Part shown: positions 21,211-31,564 of the stretch, in pieces
How positions within the stretch are numbered: the stretch's first letter is position 1
How the letters are laid out: every line of letters begins with the position of its first letter
Assembly: GCA_043820105.1 (NCBI GenBank)
Contig: JBDREC010000065.1
Location: 1-64,000 of the forward strand
DNA length: 64,000 nt
Direction: 5' to 3'
From: Pseudomonadota bacterium
Lineage (GTDB): Bacteria > Bdellovibrionota_F > JAHFAK01 > JBDREC01
Notes under the pieces: model-generated
Database searches by the model: none
What the model saw: only the letters and a program-made list of their open reading frames with translations
Told to the model about the DNA's origin: nothing
Made by a program: the position numbers and the translations under genes

Positions 21211-22628
21211 TGGTTTTTCATCTTGCTAAAAATGAGCTTTTAAAATCAATGAATTCAAAAAAGCAGCTTTATCTTTTTTCAATTATTTTTGTGCTTTTTA
21301 TTTTATTCACAGTCCTGGCTAACTTAAACCTCCTGGAAAAAACTTCAAGTTATAATGAGGTTTATGATTCCAGAGAAAACAATATTGCAAACTTTAGTCA
21401 TGCAAACAGAACACGAGGCTATTTGTCAGCCCTTATTAAAAAGCCAAGGCTAATAAACTCCTATTTCACTGGGTTTTCAATACAAGCTTTGACAACAGAT
21501 ATTTTTAATAAATCAGAAAAACAAATTTTCAAGTCAATTGATTTTTCCTTTTTATTTGCTATTGTTTTCAGTCTACTAGCACTTATTTTATCTCATGACA
21601 CTATTACATCAGAAAAACAAAATGGTGCCTTAAAACATGTTACAAGCTATAATGTATCAAGACCGAAATATTTATTAGGTATTTTTCTTGGCGGATTTTT
21701 GTATTTATTTGTTTTCTTTAGCATATCATATTTTTTTAGCATTTTTATTTCTGTTGTCTTTTTTCAAGCCCTAATTAATGAACAGGATTTTTATGTGTTT
21801 TTGCTAATATATGGAATAAGCGTAATTTATCTTGGAATTGTTTTCCTAATGGGAATGAGCATTTCAACTTTTTGTAAAACAAACAAATCATCTATAATTA
21901 TTTCTTGTTTTGCATGGATTTTTCTGGTGATTATCATTCCAAATACTGCACCACAAATTGCTGAAAGAGCAATTAAGCTTCCTCCGGCTGCAAAACTTTA
22001 CTCTGAAGCATATAAAATAAAAGAAACAGACAGAGATAGATTAATCAATGAACAATTAACAAGGTTAAGAAAGAAAATGCAAATTCCAGATTTCAATGCA
22101 GAAAACTTTATAAATGAAAGAAAGAATTTTCTATTAAACAAAAACAACCAAGCCAGATACTATGAGTTTAGAAAGCAAGCAGAAGATCTTGTTTATAAAA
22201 TCAACAATAAACAGAAGGCAAAAGTAATTAAACTTGAAGATGCATTTATGAATAAATTAAAAAAACAAGAAAATTTAACAGCAAGCATTTCCTCATTATC
22301 ACTGTATTTTAACTTCTTAAACTCTCTTTATGAGCTTAGTAATGTTGGTTTAAAAACAGGTTATTATGAAATAGAGAAACATGACAGGCATGCAAAAAAA
22401 ATTGGTGTATATATGAAAGAAAAAGAGTTTTCTGCACTGGGTGAAAACCTATTATATGATCATAATATGCCTATCGATTTAAGTGATTACCCGAGGCTAA
22501 AAAATTATGAAAGCTCAATATCTTTTAGGCTTGAAGCTATAAAATTGAATTTGTTTATTATGTTTGTATATATAGTTGTGTTTTCTCTAATTTGTTTTAT
22601 TAAATTTAAAAACTATGACGTCAGATAA
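21207..22628 (+). CDS. ABC-2 type transporter permease
   Basis: ITSEKQNGALK motif; C-terminal YDVR. Confidence 0.85.
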   Translation: MMVFHLAKNELLKSMNSKKQLYLFSIIFVLFILFTVLANLNLLEKTSSYNEVYDSRENNIANFSHANRTRGYLSALIKKPRLINSYFTGFSIQALTTDIFNKSEKQIFKSIDFSFLFAIVFSLLALILSHDTITSEKQNGALKHVTSYNVSRPKYLLGIFLGGFLYLFVFFSISYFFSIFISVVFFQALINEQDFYVFLLIYGISVIYLGIVFLMGMSISTFCKTNKSSIIISCFAWIFLVIIIPNTAPQIAERAIKLPPAAKLYSEAYKIKETDRDRLINEQLTRLRKKMQIPDFNAENFINERKNFLLNKNNQARYYEFRKQAEDLVYKINNKQKAKVIKLEDAFMNKLKKQENLTASISSLSLYFNFLNSLYELSNVGLKTGYYEIEKHDRHAKKIGVYMKEKEFSALGENLLYDHNMPIDLSDYPRLKNYESSISFRLEAIKLNLFIMFVYIVVFSLICFIKFKNYDVR

Positions 22629-22637
22629 AAAGGATTT

Positions 22638-23912
22638 ATGAAAATGGAAATACTTAAAAAATTCAAAATAAAAAGTGAAAGTGCTAAGCAAGGAGTTTCG
22701 CTTCAAACACACAAAAACATAATCACAGAATTTTTACAAAGTATTACTTTAATTGTAGACAAAGAAATTCTATGCAATAGCATTATTGCTAAAATCCATG
22801 AAATTTTTAAGTTTAATAATATTTATCTATTTTTAACAAGTGAACCAAGTGGTGATTTTTATTTAAAGTTTAAATTCTCAGCTAAGCCAAAATCAATTTT
22901 TCTTTCTTTTTCCCAGGAAGGCAAGTTCATTAAATGGCTCCGTACAAATGAAACATTTATTGCTTTTAAAGATACTCAAGACATCTACAATTACTTCAAT
23001 AAAAACGAAAAAGACAATTTAGAAACTTTGAAGATTAACTACTGCTTTCCCCTTGTTTCCATGAACTCCCTTATTGGTTTTATTTTATGTGATAAAAAAA
23101 ATGGAACAATAGAGCTTTCGGAAGATGAAATGAACCTGATATTTACCCTTTGTGGTCAAGCTGCCCTTGCAATTAAAAGCTCGTTCTTATTAGAAGAACA
23201 AAAACTAAAACTTGCCAAAATGTTAACAGCTGATCGTTTAGTTGTAGCAGGTCAATTAGCAGCTGGAGCTGCTCATGAGATAAAAAACCCATTAACATCT
23301 ATAAGAAGCACCATTCAATATTTAACAAACAAAACAGAAAACGAAAAAAGCAAGGAACTTTTGTCTGGCTTAATTGAAGAAGTTGATAGAATTGATGAAA
23401 TTGTAAGGGGATTATTATCATTCGCCAGAAAAGAAAAAGAAGACTTTAGGGAATTTAATTTAAAGGTTATATTAGAAGAAACTATAAATTTTATTAAACC
23501 AACTATGTCTAAAAAGCAAATAGAAGTAATACATGAGTTTAACGCAGCCAATGAAGCTTTTTTTGGAGATAAAAATCAAATAAAACAGGTTATTTTAAAC
23601 TTAATATTAAATGCCAGCGAAGCTATAAAAAACGATGGCAAAATAATTATTGCTGTTTCTTATGAAGAAAGCTCAAAAGCTAAGGAAATTAAAGGTTGGT
23701 TCTCGCTAAGAATTATAGATACAGGTCCTGGAATTAATCCAGAAGTTATTGATAAAATTTTTGACCCTTTTTTTACAACAAAAGATGAGGGCTCAGGCCT
23801 TGGACTTTTTACTATATATGGACTTATTGAAAGACATCAAGGAGACATTACGATTGAAAAATCTGATAAAAGTGGGACAACTTTTTTAATAAGATTACCT
23901 TTTAAGTCGTAA
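22638..23912 (+). CDS. GAF-domain sensor histidine kinase (no TM segments)
   Basis: AHEIKNPL H-box, NLILNA, DTGPGI, FFTTK and GSGLGL motifs. Confidence 0.95.
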   Translation: MKMEILKKFKIKSESAKQGVSLQTHKNIITEFLQSITLIVDKEILCNSIIAKIHEIFKFNNIYLFLTSEPSGDFYLKFKFSAKPKSIFLSFSQEGKFIKWLRTNETFIAFKDTQDIYNYFNKNEKDNLETLKINYCFPLVSMNSLIGFILCDKKNGTIELSEDEMNLIFTLCGQAALAIKSSFLLEEQKLKLAKMLTADRLVVAGQLAAGAAHEIKNPLTSIRSTIQYLTNKTENEKSKELLSGLIEEVDRIDEIVRGLLSFARKEKEDFREFNLKVILEETINFIKPTMSKKQIEVIHEFNAANEAFFGDKNQIKQVILNLILNASEAIKNDGKIIIAVSYEESSKAKEIKGWFSLRIIDTGPGINPEVIDKIFDPFFTTKDEGSGLGLFTIYGLIERHQGDITIEKSDKSGTTFLIRLPFKS

Positions 23913-23984
23913 GTCGTAAGTCGTAAGTCGTATGTAGTAAGTTAATGAAACACTTACTACTTACCGCTTACCACTTACCACTTA
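23903..23984. repeat. Inverted pair of heptamer arrays (TAAGTCG)n ... (CTTACCA)n
   Basis: Four TAAGTCG units, then CTTACTA/CTTACCG/CTTACCA units that are approximately their reverse complement. Confidence 0.8.
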
Positions 23985-24002
23985 TTTATTGGAGATAAAA
24001 AT

Positions 24003-25349
24003 ATGATTAAAATTCTAATTGTTGATGATGAAAAAAAGATTTTAAATATTTTAGATAGCGTCTTATCAGAGGCTGGTTTTATTACGAAAACTGCCAGCTC
24101 TGGTCAAGACGCGATAATTCATGCACAAACATTTAAGCCAGATATTCTACTCAGCGATCTAAAAATGCCAGATCTGGATGGAATAGAAACAATGAGTGAA
24201 ATTAGTAAAAACCTTCCTCATTTAAAAACCATTATTATGACTGCTCACGCCTCAATTGAAACTGCAATAAAGGCTATGAAGCAAGGGGCATATGATTACA
24301 TTACAAAACCCTTTGATAATGAGGAACTTTTATTAATAATTAAAAAAGCTATTGAAGTAAAAAAATTAGGTGATGAAGTTAGGATGTTAAAAGAAGAACT
24401 CGCAAAAGATTATACTTTCAATGATATAATTGGCCAATCTTCTGCAATGGATTCAGTATTTAAGATGGCGAAAAAAGTAGCTAAAGTTGATACCACAGTT
24501 TTGGTAATGGGTGAAAGTGGTACTGGAAAAGAATTAATAGCAAGAGCAATTCACTATTCTTCAGATCGAAAAAATGGTCCTTTTATTGCAGTCAATTGCG
24601 GTGCTATTCCTCAAAACCTCATTGAATCAGAGTTCTTTGGCCATGAAAAAGGCAGCTTCACTGGAGCTTTTGCGACTAAATCAGGCAAGTTTGAACAAGC
24701 AAATAATGGCACAATCTTTTTAGATGAAATTGGAGAAATGCCCAAAGAAGCCCAAGTAAGATTGCTAAGAGTTTTGCAGGAATTTGAAGTCACAAAAATT
24801 GGTGGTAAAGATCCAATAAAAATAAATACAAGAGTAATCGCTGCAACAAATAAAGACCTAGATGAAGAAGTGAGAATTGGTAATTTTAGAGAAGACCTAT
24901 ATTGGAGATTAACATCTTTTAGTATAATCTTACCCCCTCTAAGAAACAGAAAAGAAGATATTCCTTTGCTTGTTGACCATTTTGTCATTAAATACAATAA
25001 AAAACTATCTGCAAACATTGATGAAGTTCGCCCAGATTTTTTAAAGTGTTTAGTAAATTATGATTGGCCTGGAAATATAAGAGAACTTGAAAATATTATA
25101 TCACAATCATTAATTTTAACTGAATCAAATGTGCTAACTCAGGAATTTCTTCCACCAAGAATAAAGGGACTCAAAGAATCTTGCGCCAAGTCAAAACAAA
25201 AAAAGAATATAGAAAAACAAGATCAAGATAAAGAATTAATTTTAAATAAACTAAAAGAAAACCTTGGCTCAAGAACAAAAACAGCCGAAGATCTTGGAAT
25301 TAGCAGAAAAACTTTATTTAATAAAATGCAAAAATACGACATAAAATAA
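24003..25349 (+). CDS. Sigma-54-dependent response regulator (NtrC/AtoC/ZraR family)
   Basis: REC domain, GESGTGKE, GSFTGA, WPGNIREL and a Fis-type HTH. Confidence 0.97.
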   Translation: MIKILIVDDEKKILNILDSVLSEAGFITKTASSGQDAIIHAQTFKPDILLSDLKMPDLDGIETMSEISKNLPHLKTIIMTAHASIETAIKAMKQGAYDYITKPFDNEELLLIIKKAIEVKKLGDEVRMLKEELAKDYTFNDIIGQSSAMDSVFKMAKKVAKVDTTVLVMGESGTGKELIARAIHYSSDRKNGPFIAVNCGAIPQNLIESEFFGHEKGSFTGAFATKSGKFEQANNGTIFLDEIGEMPKEAQVRLLRVLQEFEVTKIGGKDPIKINTRVIAATNKDLDEEVRIGNFREDLYWRLTSFSIILPPLRNRKEDIPLLVDHFVIKYNKKLSANIDEVRPDFLKCLVNYDWPGNIRELENIISQSLILTESNVLTQEFLPPRIKGLKESCAKSKQKKNIEKQDQDKELILNKLKENLGSRTKTAEDLGISRKTLFNKMQKYDIK

Positions 25350-25354
25350 TTCCA

Positions 25355-26296
25355 TTGATTTTTCTTAAAGCCCTCTATATTTTTTTTCTTTATCTTTATA
25401 AAGAGTTAGCAATGTATTCCAAACACCCTAATCCCAAACCTATAAACCCAAAATCAATCTTAACCTTAATCTTAATCTTAATCATAATCCCACAAACAAG
25501 CTTTTTTGCAGCAAACAACAATAAAAGCAAAAAACTCTTTGAACTAATTTTAGAAAAACTTAAAACTCAAGACGAACACATTACTTCCTTTTCAATGGAA
25601 GTAGAAAAAGAGATTATAATAACCAGGGATCACAAAAAATATTCTCCAACTATTTTATCATATACCTTTGATTTTCAAAAACCTCAAAATTTCAAGGCGT
25701 ATATCTCTGGTGGTAAAACTGATCACCTTTTGCTTGGAAACAATGAATATATCCTGGAATATCTTCCAAAACACAAAGAGGCATTAAAAACACTTTTAAC
25801 TAAATTGCCAAATGACCTTAAGTTTCAAAAATATCAAAAAGCGATAAGCCAGATTAATATCCCATATTTATTGCTTTATAATGAGCTAAAAACATTAAAC
25901 ACTGATAATGTCGAAGTCTATGAGGATATGGAAATTAACCAAGAAAAAGCATATTTATTAAAATTTAAATCCAAATATAAAGAAAAAGATGACGAGTTTT
26001 GCCTTTGGTTTCACAAAACGAAATTTTCCATACTAAAAACAATGATTAAAGGCATACTTGATGAAAGACCTTATCTTACAATTGAATATTCTAATTTTGT
26101 TAATATAAATAATAACATATGGCTTCCCAAAAAGATTTCTTATAAATCAATAAATGTCGACAAAAAAGGGGAAGAAGAAGAATATAATCTAAAATTTAAA
26201 ACCTTTACTATTAATAAAATTTTTGATAAAAATTATTTCTTTTTTACACAGCAAGAAGGCATAAACATAAGAACTAAATATGCTAAAAATAAATAA
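25355..26296 (+). CDS. LolA-like / outer-membrane lipoprotein-sorting fold protein
   Basis: Signal-like segment, FQKP..F motif, EYSNF...IWLPK and INK.FD..YF terminal motif. Start uncertain. Confidence 0.55.
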   Translation: MIFLKALYIFFLYLYKELAMYSKHPNPKPINPKSILTLILILIIIPQTSFFAANNNKSKKLFELILEKLKTQDEHITSFSMEVEKEIIITRDHKKYSPTILSYTFDFQKPQNFKAYISGGKTDHLLLGNNEYILEYLPKHKEALKTLLTKLPNDLKFQKYQKAISQINIPYLLLYNELKTLNTDNVEVYEDMEINQEKAYLLKFKSKYKEKDDEFCLWFHKTKFSILKTMIKGILDERPYLTIEYSNFVNINNNIWLPKKISYKSINVDKKGEEEEYNLKFKTFTINKIFDKNYFFFTQQEGINIRTKYAKNK

Positions 26297-26338
26297 ACGT
26301 AATAATTTAATTCTTTCAAATATAATAGGAGTTATTTT

Positions 26339-26935
26339 ATGAAAAAAACAGGTCTTTTTATTATTTTCTCCATCCTTTATCTTTTTGCAAATCTCTATGC
26401 TCAGGAAGGTGAAATTACTAAAATATCATCATCTGGAAAAAAAGTTATTATTGATGTTGGATCAAAAGATGGTGTATCTCAAAATGATATTGTATGGATT
26501 TTTTCAGGTGGCAAAAAGGTTGGAAAAGGTGTAGTTTCAAAAACAAAAAAAAGTTCAGCCATCGTTGATATAACTAAAAAAAGAGGTTCTCTTGAACTTG
26601 GAATGATAGCAGAAGTTGAAGGATCAGATGATTCTTTTAATGAAGAGGAAGATGAAGAAGAATATACTGAGAAAAGACCAAACAAAAGATCCAAAAGACT
26701 TGGCAGACCATCAGGTAGCAACACAGGTGCTTGTCTTGTCAGTTTTATTTTGGGAGCAGGAGCTGGAGAATGGCTCGTTTTAGAAACTCAAACATTTGGA
26801 TCTTGCTGCCTTGAACACTTAGCTTCAGGTATTCCCTGTGTTGGACAACTGGTATCAATTGGATCACTGATAGATGCCTACAGAGGAGAACCAAATCCAC
26901 AGATTAATTGGCTCTTTACTACTACTGATTTATAG
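26339..26935 (+). CDS. Hypothetical secreted protein
   Basis: RBS GGAG, signal peptide, FlgT-C-like beta domain (VIIDVGSKDGV), acidic linker, Cys-containing hydrophobic tail. Confidence 0.75.
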   Translation: MKKTGLFIIFSILYLFANLYAQEGEITKISSSGKKVIIDVGSKDGVSQNDIVWIFSGGKKVGKGVVSKTKKSSAIVDITKKRGSLELGMIAEVEGSDDSFNEEEDEEEYTEKRPNKRSKRLGRPSGSNTGACLVSFILGAGAGEWLVLETQTFGSCCLEHLASGIPCVGQLVSIGSLIDAYRGEPNPQINWLFTTTDL

Positions 26936-26944
26936 CAACCCTTA

Positions 26945-27421
26945 ATGTTTTTTTACAAAGCCATTGTTTTATTATTTCTATTTATTTCGCAATTATTAAT
27001 ATCTGAAGAACTTATAATGAATCCTTTTAATTTCGAAAATACAAACATAGAAACATTGATGGCTTCCAAAAATTCCTGTAGTAGGTGTAATGACAAAGTA
27101 TTTAGACCCATTAAAAATTCTAATATAAAAATAGAGGTTCCAAAATTAACAAGCTCAATTTATTCAATGCCCCTTAAACTTTGGACAAATTACTTAACAA
27201 AAATTGATAATTCTACATGCCCAATGTACCCAACATGCTCTCACTTTTTCAAACTTGCTATTGCCAAACACAATTTTTATTTGGCCCTAACTTACACCCT
27301 GGCAAGAATGTTAAAAGAAACACCTGACATGGCTAAATTTGAAGAATATGAACTTATTTTAAAATTTGGCACATATCGATTTTATGATCCCCTTGAAAAC
27401 TACAATCTAAATGAGGATTAG
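26945..27421 (+). CDS. YidD-like (membrane protein insertion efficiency factor) domain protein
   Basis: CPMYPTCSHF motif and C-terminal YDP. Confidence 0.7.
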   Translation: MFFYKAIVLLFLFISQLLISEELIMNPFNFENTNIETLMASKNSCSRCNDKVFRPIKNSNIKIEVPKLTSSIYSMPLKLWTNYLTKIDNSTCPMYPTCSHFFKLAIAKHNFYLALTYTLARMLKETPDMAKFEEYELILKFGTYRFYDPLENYNLNED

Positions 27422-28319
27422 AATGAAAACCCTAATTGGAAAAATATTAGTACTAATTTTACTATGCTCACAAATATGTTTTACATACGCTAAAGAAAAG
27501 GATACAATTAAATATCATGAAATTGCTGATAAGTTTTTTGATAATAATGATTATTATAGAGCAATAACCTACTATAAATTAGCTCTTTTTGAAGATGTGA
27601 CCTCAGAAAACAAACAAATATTATATTCAAAAATAGCAGATTCGTTTTACAAAGCCCAAAAAGCAGAAAGTGCAATTGAATATTATTTAATGGCTGAAAA
27701 AGAAACAGCTGATCCCATGATTTTAGCCAACCTTTGTTTTAAAATAGGTAAATTATACTATTTAAAAAGAAAAATTGGATTTGCTACAGAAAAGTTTCAA
27801 AGCTGCCTGGATAGGTTTCCAGACAAAATTGCTTCCCCAAAACTTAACTATTACCTGGGCTTTTCTAACATTGATATAAGTGAATTTGAAAAAGCAAAAA
27901 TGTACTTTTCAAAAATTGACCCCAAAAGCCAAGTCTTTGAGCTTTCCCAGGAAATCAAAAACAATCTGAATAATAAACCATTTAAGAAAAAAAATAAAAT
28001 CCTGGCTGGCCTTCTTTCAATAATTCCCGGAGCCGGGCAACTATACACAGAACACTATTCAGAAGCCATAGTATCTTTTGTCATTAATGGTCTTTTTGGA
28101 TTTTTAATTTATGACTCCTTTAGAAAATCACAAGAAATTGATAATTATGGTTACACAAACCTGGTAATTTTTTCAAGTCTAGGGCTTTCATTTTATAATG
28201 CCAATATCTATGGAGCTGCTCACAGCGCAAAACGATATAATCAAGCGAGTCAGAGAAAATTCATTCAAAGCTTGCACGATATAAATAACTCAAGCGAATT
28301 TGGACTAGAATTAGATTGA
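27411..28319 (+). CDS. TPR protein with TM2-like C-terminal domain
   Basis: TPR repeats and LAGLLSIIPGAGQLY motif. Confidence 0.8.
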   Translation: MRIRMKTLIGKILVLILLCSQICFTYAKEKDTIKYHEIADKFFDNNDYYRAITYYKLALFEDVTSENKQILYSKIADSFYKAQKAESAIEYYLMAEKETADPMILANLCFKIGKLYYLKRKIGFATEKFQSCLDRFPDKIASPKLNYYLGFSNIDISEFEKAKMYFSKIDPKSQVFELSQEIKNNLNNKPFKKKNKILAGLLSIIPGAGQLYTEHYSEAIVSFVINGLFGFLIYDSFRKSQEIDNYGYTNLVIFSSLGLSFYNANIYGAAHSAKRYNQASQRKFIQSLHDINNSSEFGLELD

Positions 28320-28328
28320 TCATGTTTC

Positions 28329-29003
28329 TTATATATCATCTGGATTGTAGCCAATAGCATGATACGGATTGCTAACACTTGTTGCAACATTAAGCATATG
28401 TCCTACAACTCTTTTGATAAATCTTAAAAATAAAACATAGGCCATTATATCTTTATTTACTAGTTTATCCTCAATTTCAAATAAACAAGCTATCTTATCA
28501 TCACAATCAGTCTGAAAAGCAGAGGCTTTTTTAATAAATACTTTTGCTTCACTTAGCTTATCATTATTATAGATATCCAAGAGATCATCAAACATTTTGC
28601 CCACAAGCATATACTTTTCCTTGAATTCTGCATTTTTACTACCAAAAATTGGTCTTGTTTTTCTCAGACAACTAATTTCTGTTAGATTTTTAACATAATC
28701 ACCCAGTCTTTCAAGATTATCAAGAACAGTGGATATTTTCATACCCTCAATTATATCCTCTCCCTTGGAAAGCAAAAGATGCTCAAGCAACATTTTTCTG
28801 GTTTTTCTATGCAGCTTATTAATTCTAATATCCATTTCTCTAACTTTTTCCTGAACCTCGCATGCAATGACATTATTTTCATAGCCTTGATATGCAATAT
28901 CATACATATTTTTAATAAGTTCAAGCATCTTTGTAACATTGTCAAATGCCTTAGAAACCAAATCTTTATAATCAGTAAAAACTTTAAATAGGTCTTCTAA
29001 CAT
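28329..29003 (-). CDS. PhoU-domain protein
   Basis: D.RIN..HR and LERLGDY..N motifs; directly downstream of a Na/Pi transporter. Confidence 0.85.
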   Translation of the reverse strand: MLEDLFKVFTDYKDLVSKAFDNVTKMLELIKNMYDIAYQGYENNVIACEVQEKVREMDIRINKLHRKTRKMLLEHLLLSKGEDIIEGMKISTVLDNLERLGDYVKNLTEISCLRKTRPIFGSKNAEFKEKYMLVGKMFDDLLDIYNNDKLSEAKVFIKKASAFQTDCDDKIACLFEIEDKLVNKDIMAYVLFLRFIKRVVGHMLNVATSVSNPYHAIGYNPDDI

Positions 29004-29034
29004 TGAATTTTACCTCCAATATAAAATAATATAA

Positions 29035-30321
29035 TTATCTAAAAATAAGTATCAAAATCATCGGCAATATAAAATACATAAACAATATAGCCAAAACAGG
29101 AATTGCCCTATTAATCATGCAAAGCTTTGCAAATTTTTGAGCCATAAAAATTGGAATTCTTTGCAAAGGCCAAAATATTGCAATTCCAACAACATTAAAG
29201 ATTAAATGAGAAAAAGCAACAGCTACTGCATTTACTTGCCCAACTGATAATGCTGCTAAAATCGCAGTAATAGTTGTTCCACAATTAGCTCCCAAGGTAA
29301 ATGGATAAATTTGATATATATTTAAAATTCCAGCTCCTGCCAAGGGAACAAGCAATGAAGTAGTAGCAGAAGAACTCTGCATTAAGGCAGTTAAAATAAG
29401 TCCTAAAAATAAAGATCTAAGTGCTGTTTTAAAAATGTACTTATGAAATAAACCCTCAACATGTTTTAATAAAGAAGTTTTCATCACTTTTACAATAATA
29501 ATCAACATTGCAAAAAGCATGAAAAGAGCAAAACCAAATTGAGCAAGATATCTATTAAAAAGAAAATCCGAGTAATGCTTAGCGAAACCAAAAATAAATG
29601 CAAAAAGTATAGAGGTGATAAATAATAAAAGATTAGTCTTTTTTTGCACTATCATTCTTGAAATTAAAAATTTGGCTATAAATAAAAAGGCAGTAACCAA
29701 AAGAAATATCATTGTAACATCAATTGTAAATTCATTTTTAAATAATGAAATAAAAAATGAAGCCTGTGGTTTAACAAGATATTTTAAAGGCGAAACAAAC
29801 TTGAGCCCCCCCATGGCTGAAAAAGTTTCTGCCATGAAAATGGAGAGTTTGCCAAGAAAATTGGTCATCAATTGTATTGGAAAAATAACAGCTACAGTAA
29901 GAAGATTAAAAAAATCGTGAACAATTGAACAAGAATAAGCCCGCTCAAATTCAACCTTATTGCCAATATGACCTAAGGAAACCAAGACGTTTGTAATACT
30001 TGTACCAATATTTGCTCCCATAACAAATGGAATAGCAATTTTTACAGCTTGACCGATATCTTCGCCAAAAGCAAAGGATCCAACAAGACCAACTACAATC
30101 GATGTAGTTGTTGAAGAAGATTGAATTGTGCATGTAATTAATATCCCAATGAGTAAAGCCAGAAATGGATTTTCAGCAAGCATTAATATATAGTCTTTGC
30201 CATGAAGAAGTCCAATATCTTTAAAAGCTCCCAGAAGCTTAATGCTAACAAAGAAATAATTAAGAGCAAATAAAAAGATAGCAAGACTAATAACAAGATG
30301 AAGAAATTTTTTAATATCCAT
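29035..30321 (-). CDS. Na/Pi cotransporter (NptA family)
   Basis: Two QSSS repeats and GANIGT/GANCGT motifs. ATG 30321 has a GGAG RBS. Confidence 0.92.
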   Translation of the reverse strand: MDIKKFLHLVISLAIFLFALNYFFVSIKLLGAFKDIGLLHGKDYILMLAENPFLALLIGILITCTIQSSSTTTSIVVGLVGSFAFGEDIGQAVKIAIPFVMGANIGTSITNVLVSLGHIGNKVEFERAYSCSIVHDFFNLLTVAVIFPIQLMTNFLGKLSIFMAETFSAMGGLKFVSPLKYLVKPQASFFISLFKNEFTIDVTMIFLLVTAFLFIAKFLISRMIVQKKTNLLLFITSILFAFIFGFAKHYSDFLFNRYLAQFGFALFMLFAMLIIIVKVMKTSLLKHVEGLFHKYIFKTALRSLFLGLILTALMQSSSATTSLLVPLAGAGILNIYQIYPFTLGANCGTTITAILAALSVGQVNAVAVAFSHLIFNVVGIAIFWPLQRIPIFMAQKFAKLCMINRAIPVLAILFMYFILPMILILIFR

Positions 30322-30370
30322 AATTTCAATCAGCTCCAAGTTATACAATTTGAGGCAACTTTTATATTTT

Positions 30371-30413
30371 TGTCTACATAATGTAAAGAATTATATTGTG
30401 ATAGTTATGTGAA
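30371..30413 (-). promoter_or_regulatory. Putative Pho boxes
   Basis: Two pairs of 11-bp-period direct repeats (TTCACA-N5-ATCACA; TTTACA-N5-TAGACA on the minus strand) upstream of the Na/Pi-PhoU operon. Confidence 0.55.
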
Positions 30414-30559
30414 GATTAAACAAATAACAAATGAATTCCATTATAATCACAGATACTTAAATCATGTTTAACTAAAATGAAGCCGCCCGCAAAAACATCC
30501 TTGACATTATGCGTTACATGCTATATGAAGATTAAAATTCTACAATAATTGGAGGCTTC

Positions 30560-31564
30560 ATGAACATTTCTCGAATTTATAGCTTTTGCTTTATAGTTGT
30601 CATATTGTTACCAATTTTTTTGCTGGCAGATGATACTGTAAAAGTAAACATGAACAATCAAGATTGTGTAAATAATGCTGGTAGCATATCTATGGGCATT
30701 GACATTAAAGGTGACCTCATTAATATCAACCCAACATGTGTTAATAGTTTCAAAATGGAAGTTTTATTAGAAGATAAAAGCGAGTGTGAAATTATTTCTG
30801 GAATGTGTTCAGGATTATTTCCTAAAAACAAACTTATTGTAAGTTGTACAAACGGCATTTTTCATGAAACCCAAATTAATTGCCCTGGGCAAGAAAAGGA
30901 AAATAAAACAGAGCTTAATGCTCCAATCCCAATAAATATTTTGCCAAGTCCTGCAGAAACACCTGCTCCTGTTGAACCGATTACTATAATTCCTGTTCCA
31001 GATGAAGTAAAACCGATTATTTTAGAAGATATAAAAACTCCAGAAACAGCTGAAGTGAAAAAAGAAGTTATTAAGGTAGATCCTCCAAAATCAAGATTTA
31101 GATATGCTCAGAAAGCATGTGAAGAAGGTAAACCTAATTTAGACCTAATGATTCAGGTAGCTGGTGAAGATTTCACTTTTTCACCTTTATGCAATGAAAA
31201 ATTTGAAAAACAATTTAAAACAACTAGCAATATTGCATGTTCTATCAATGCTGGAATGTGCACAGACCTTGATCCAAGTGCAAGCATAATTTATTCATGT
31301 TCAAATAATGATTATGTAAAAGCAGATGTTCCATGTAAGGAAATTTTAAAATTAAAACCAGAAGTCATGCCTGTTCCAACTGCAGCACCTGTTGTGCCCG
31401 CAAATACTCCACTAAACATGACGCCAACAAAGATAATTCCTTTACCAGCAATTGACAACTCAAGCACACAACCAACAGTCACACCTGTTGTTCCCAATAA
31501 TCCAACAGTACAAGTCAGCCTGAATGATGTAAAAAAAAAATCAATTTCTTCAATAATAATCTAA
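30560..31564 (+). CDS. Secreted six-Cys repeat-domain protein, N-terminal part (frameshifted)
   Basis: RBS GGAGG, signal peptide, two six-Cys domains and Pro-rich linkers. Frame breaks at the A10 tract 31531-31540. Confidence 0.8.
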   Translation: MNISRIYSFCFIVVILLPIFLLADDTVKVNMNNQDCVNNAGSISMGIDIKGDLININPTCVNSFKMEVLLEDKSECEIISGMCSGLFPKNKLIVSCTNGIFHETQINCPGQEKENKTELNAPIPINILPSPAETPAPVEPITIIPVPDEVKPIILEDIKTPETAEVKKEVIKVDPPKSRFRYAQKACEEGKPNLDLMIQVAGEDFTFSPLCNEKFEKQFKTTSNIACSINAGMCTDLDPSASIIYSCSNNDYVKADVPCKEILKLKPEVMPVPTAAPVVPANTPLNMTPTKIIPLPAIDNSSTQPTVTPVVPNNPTVQVSLNDVKKKSISSIII

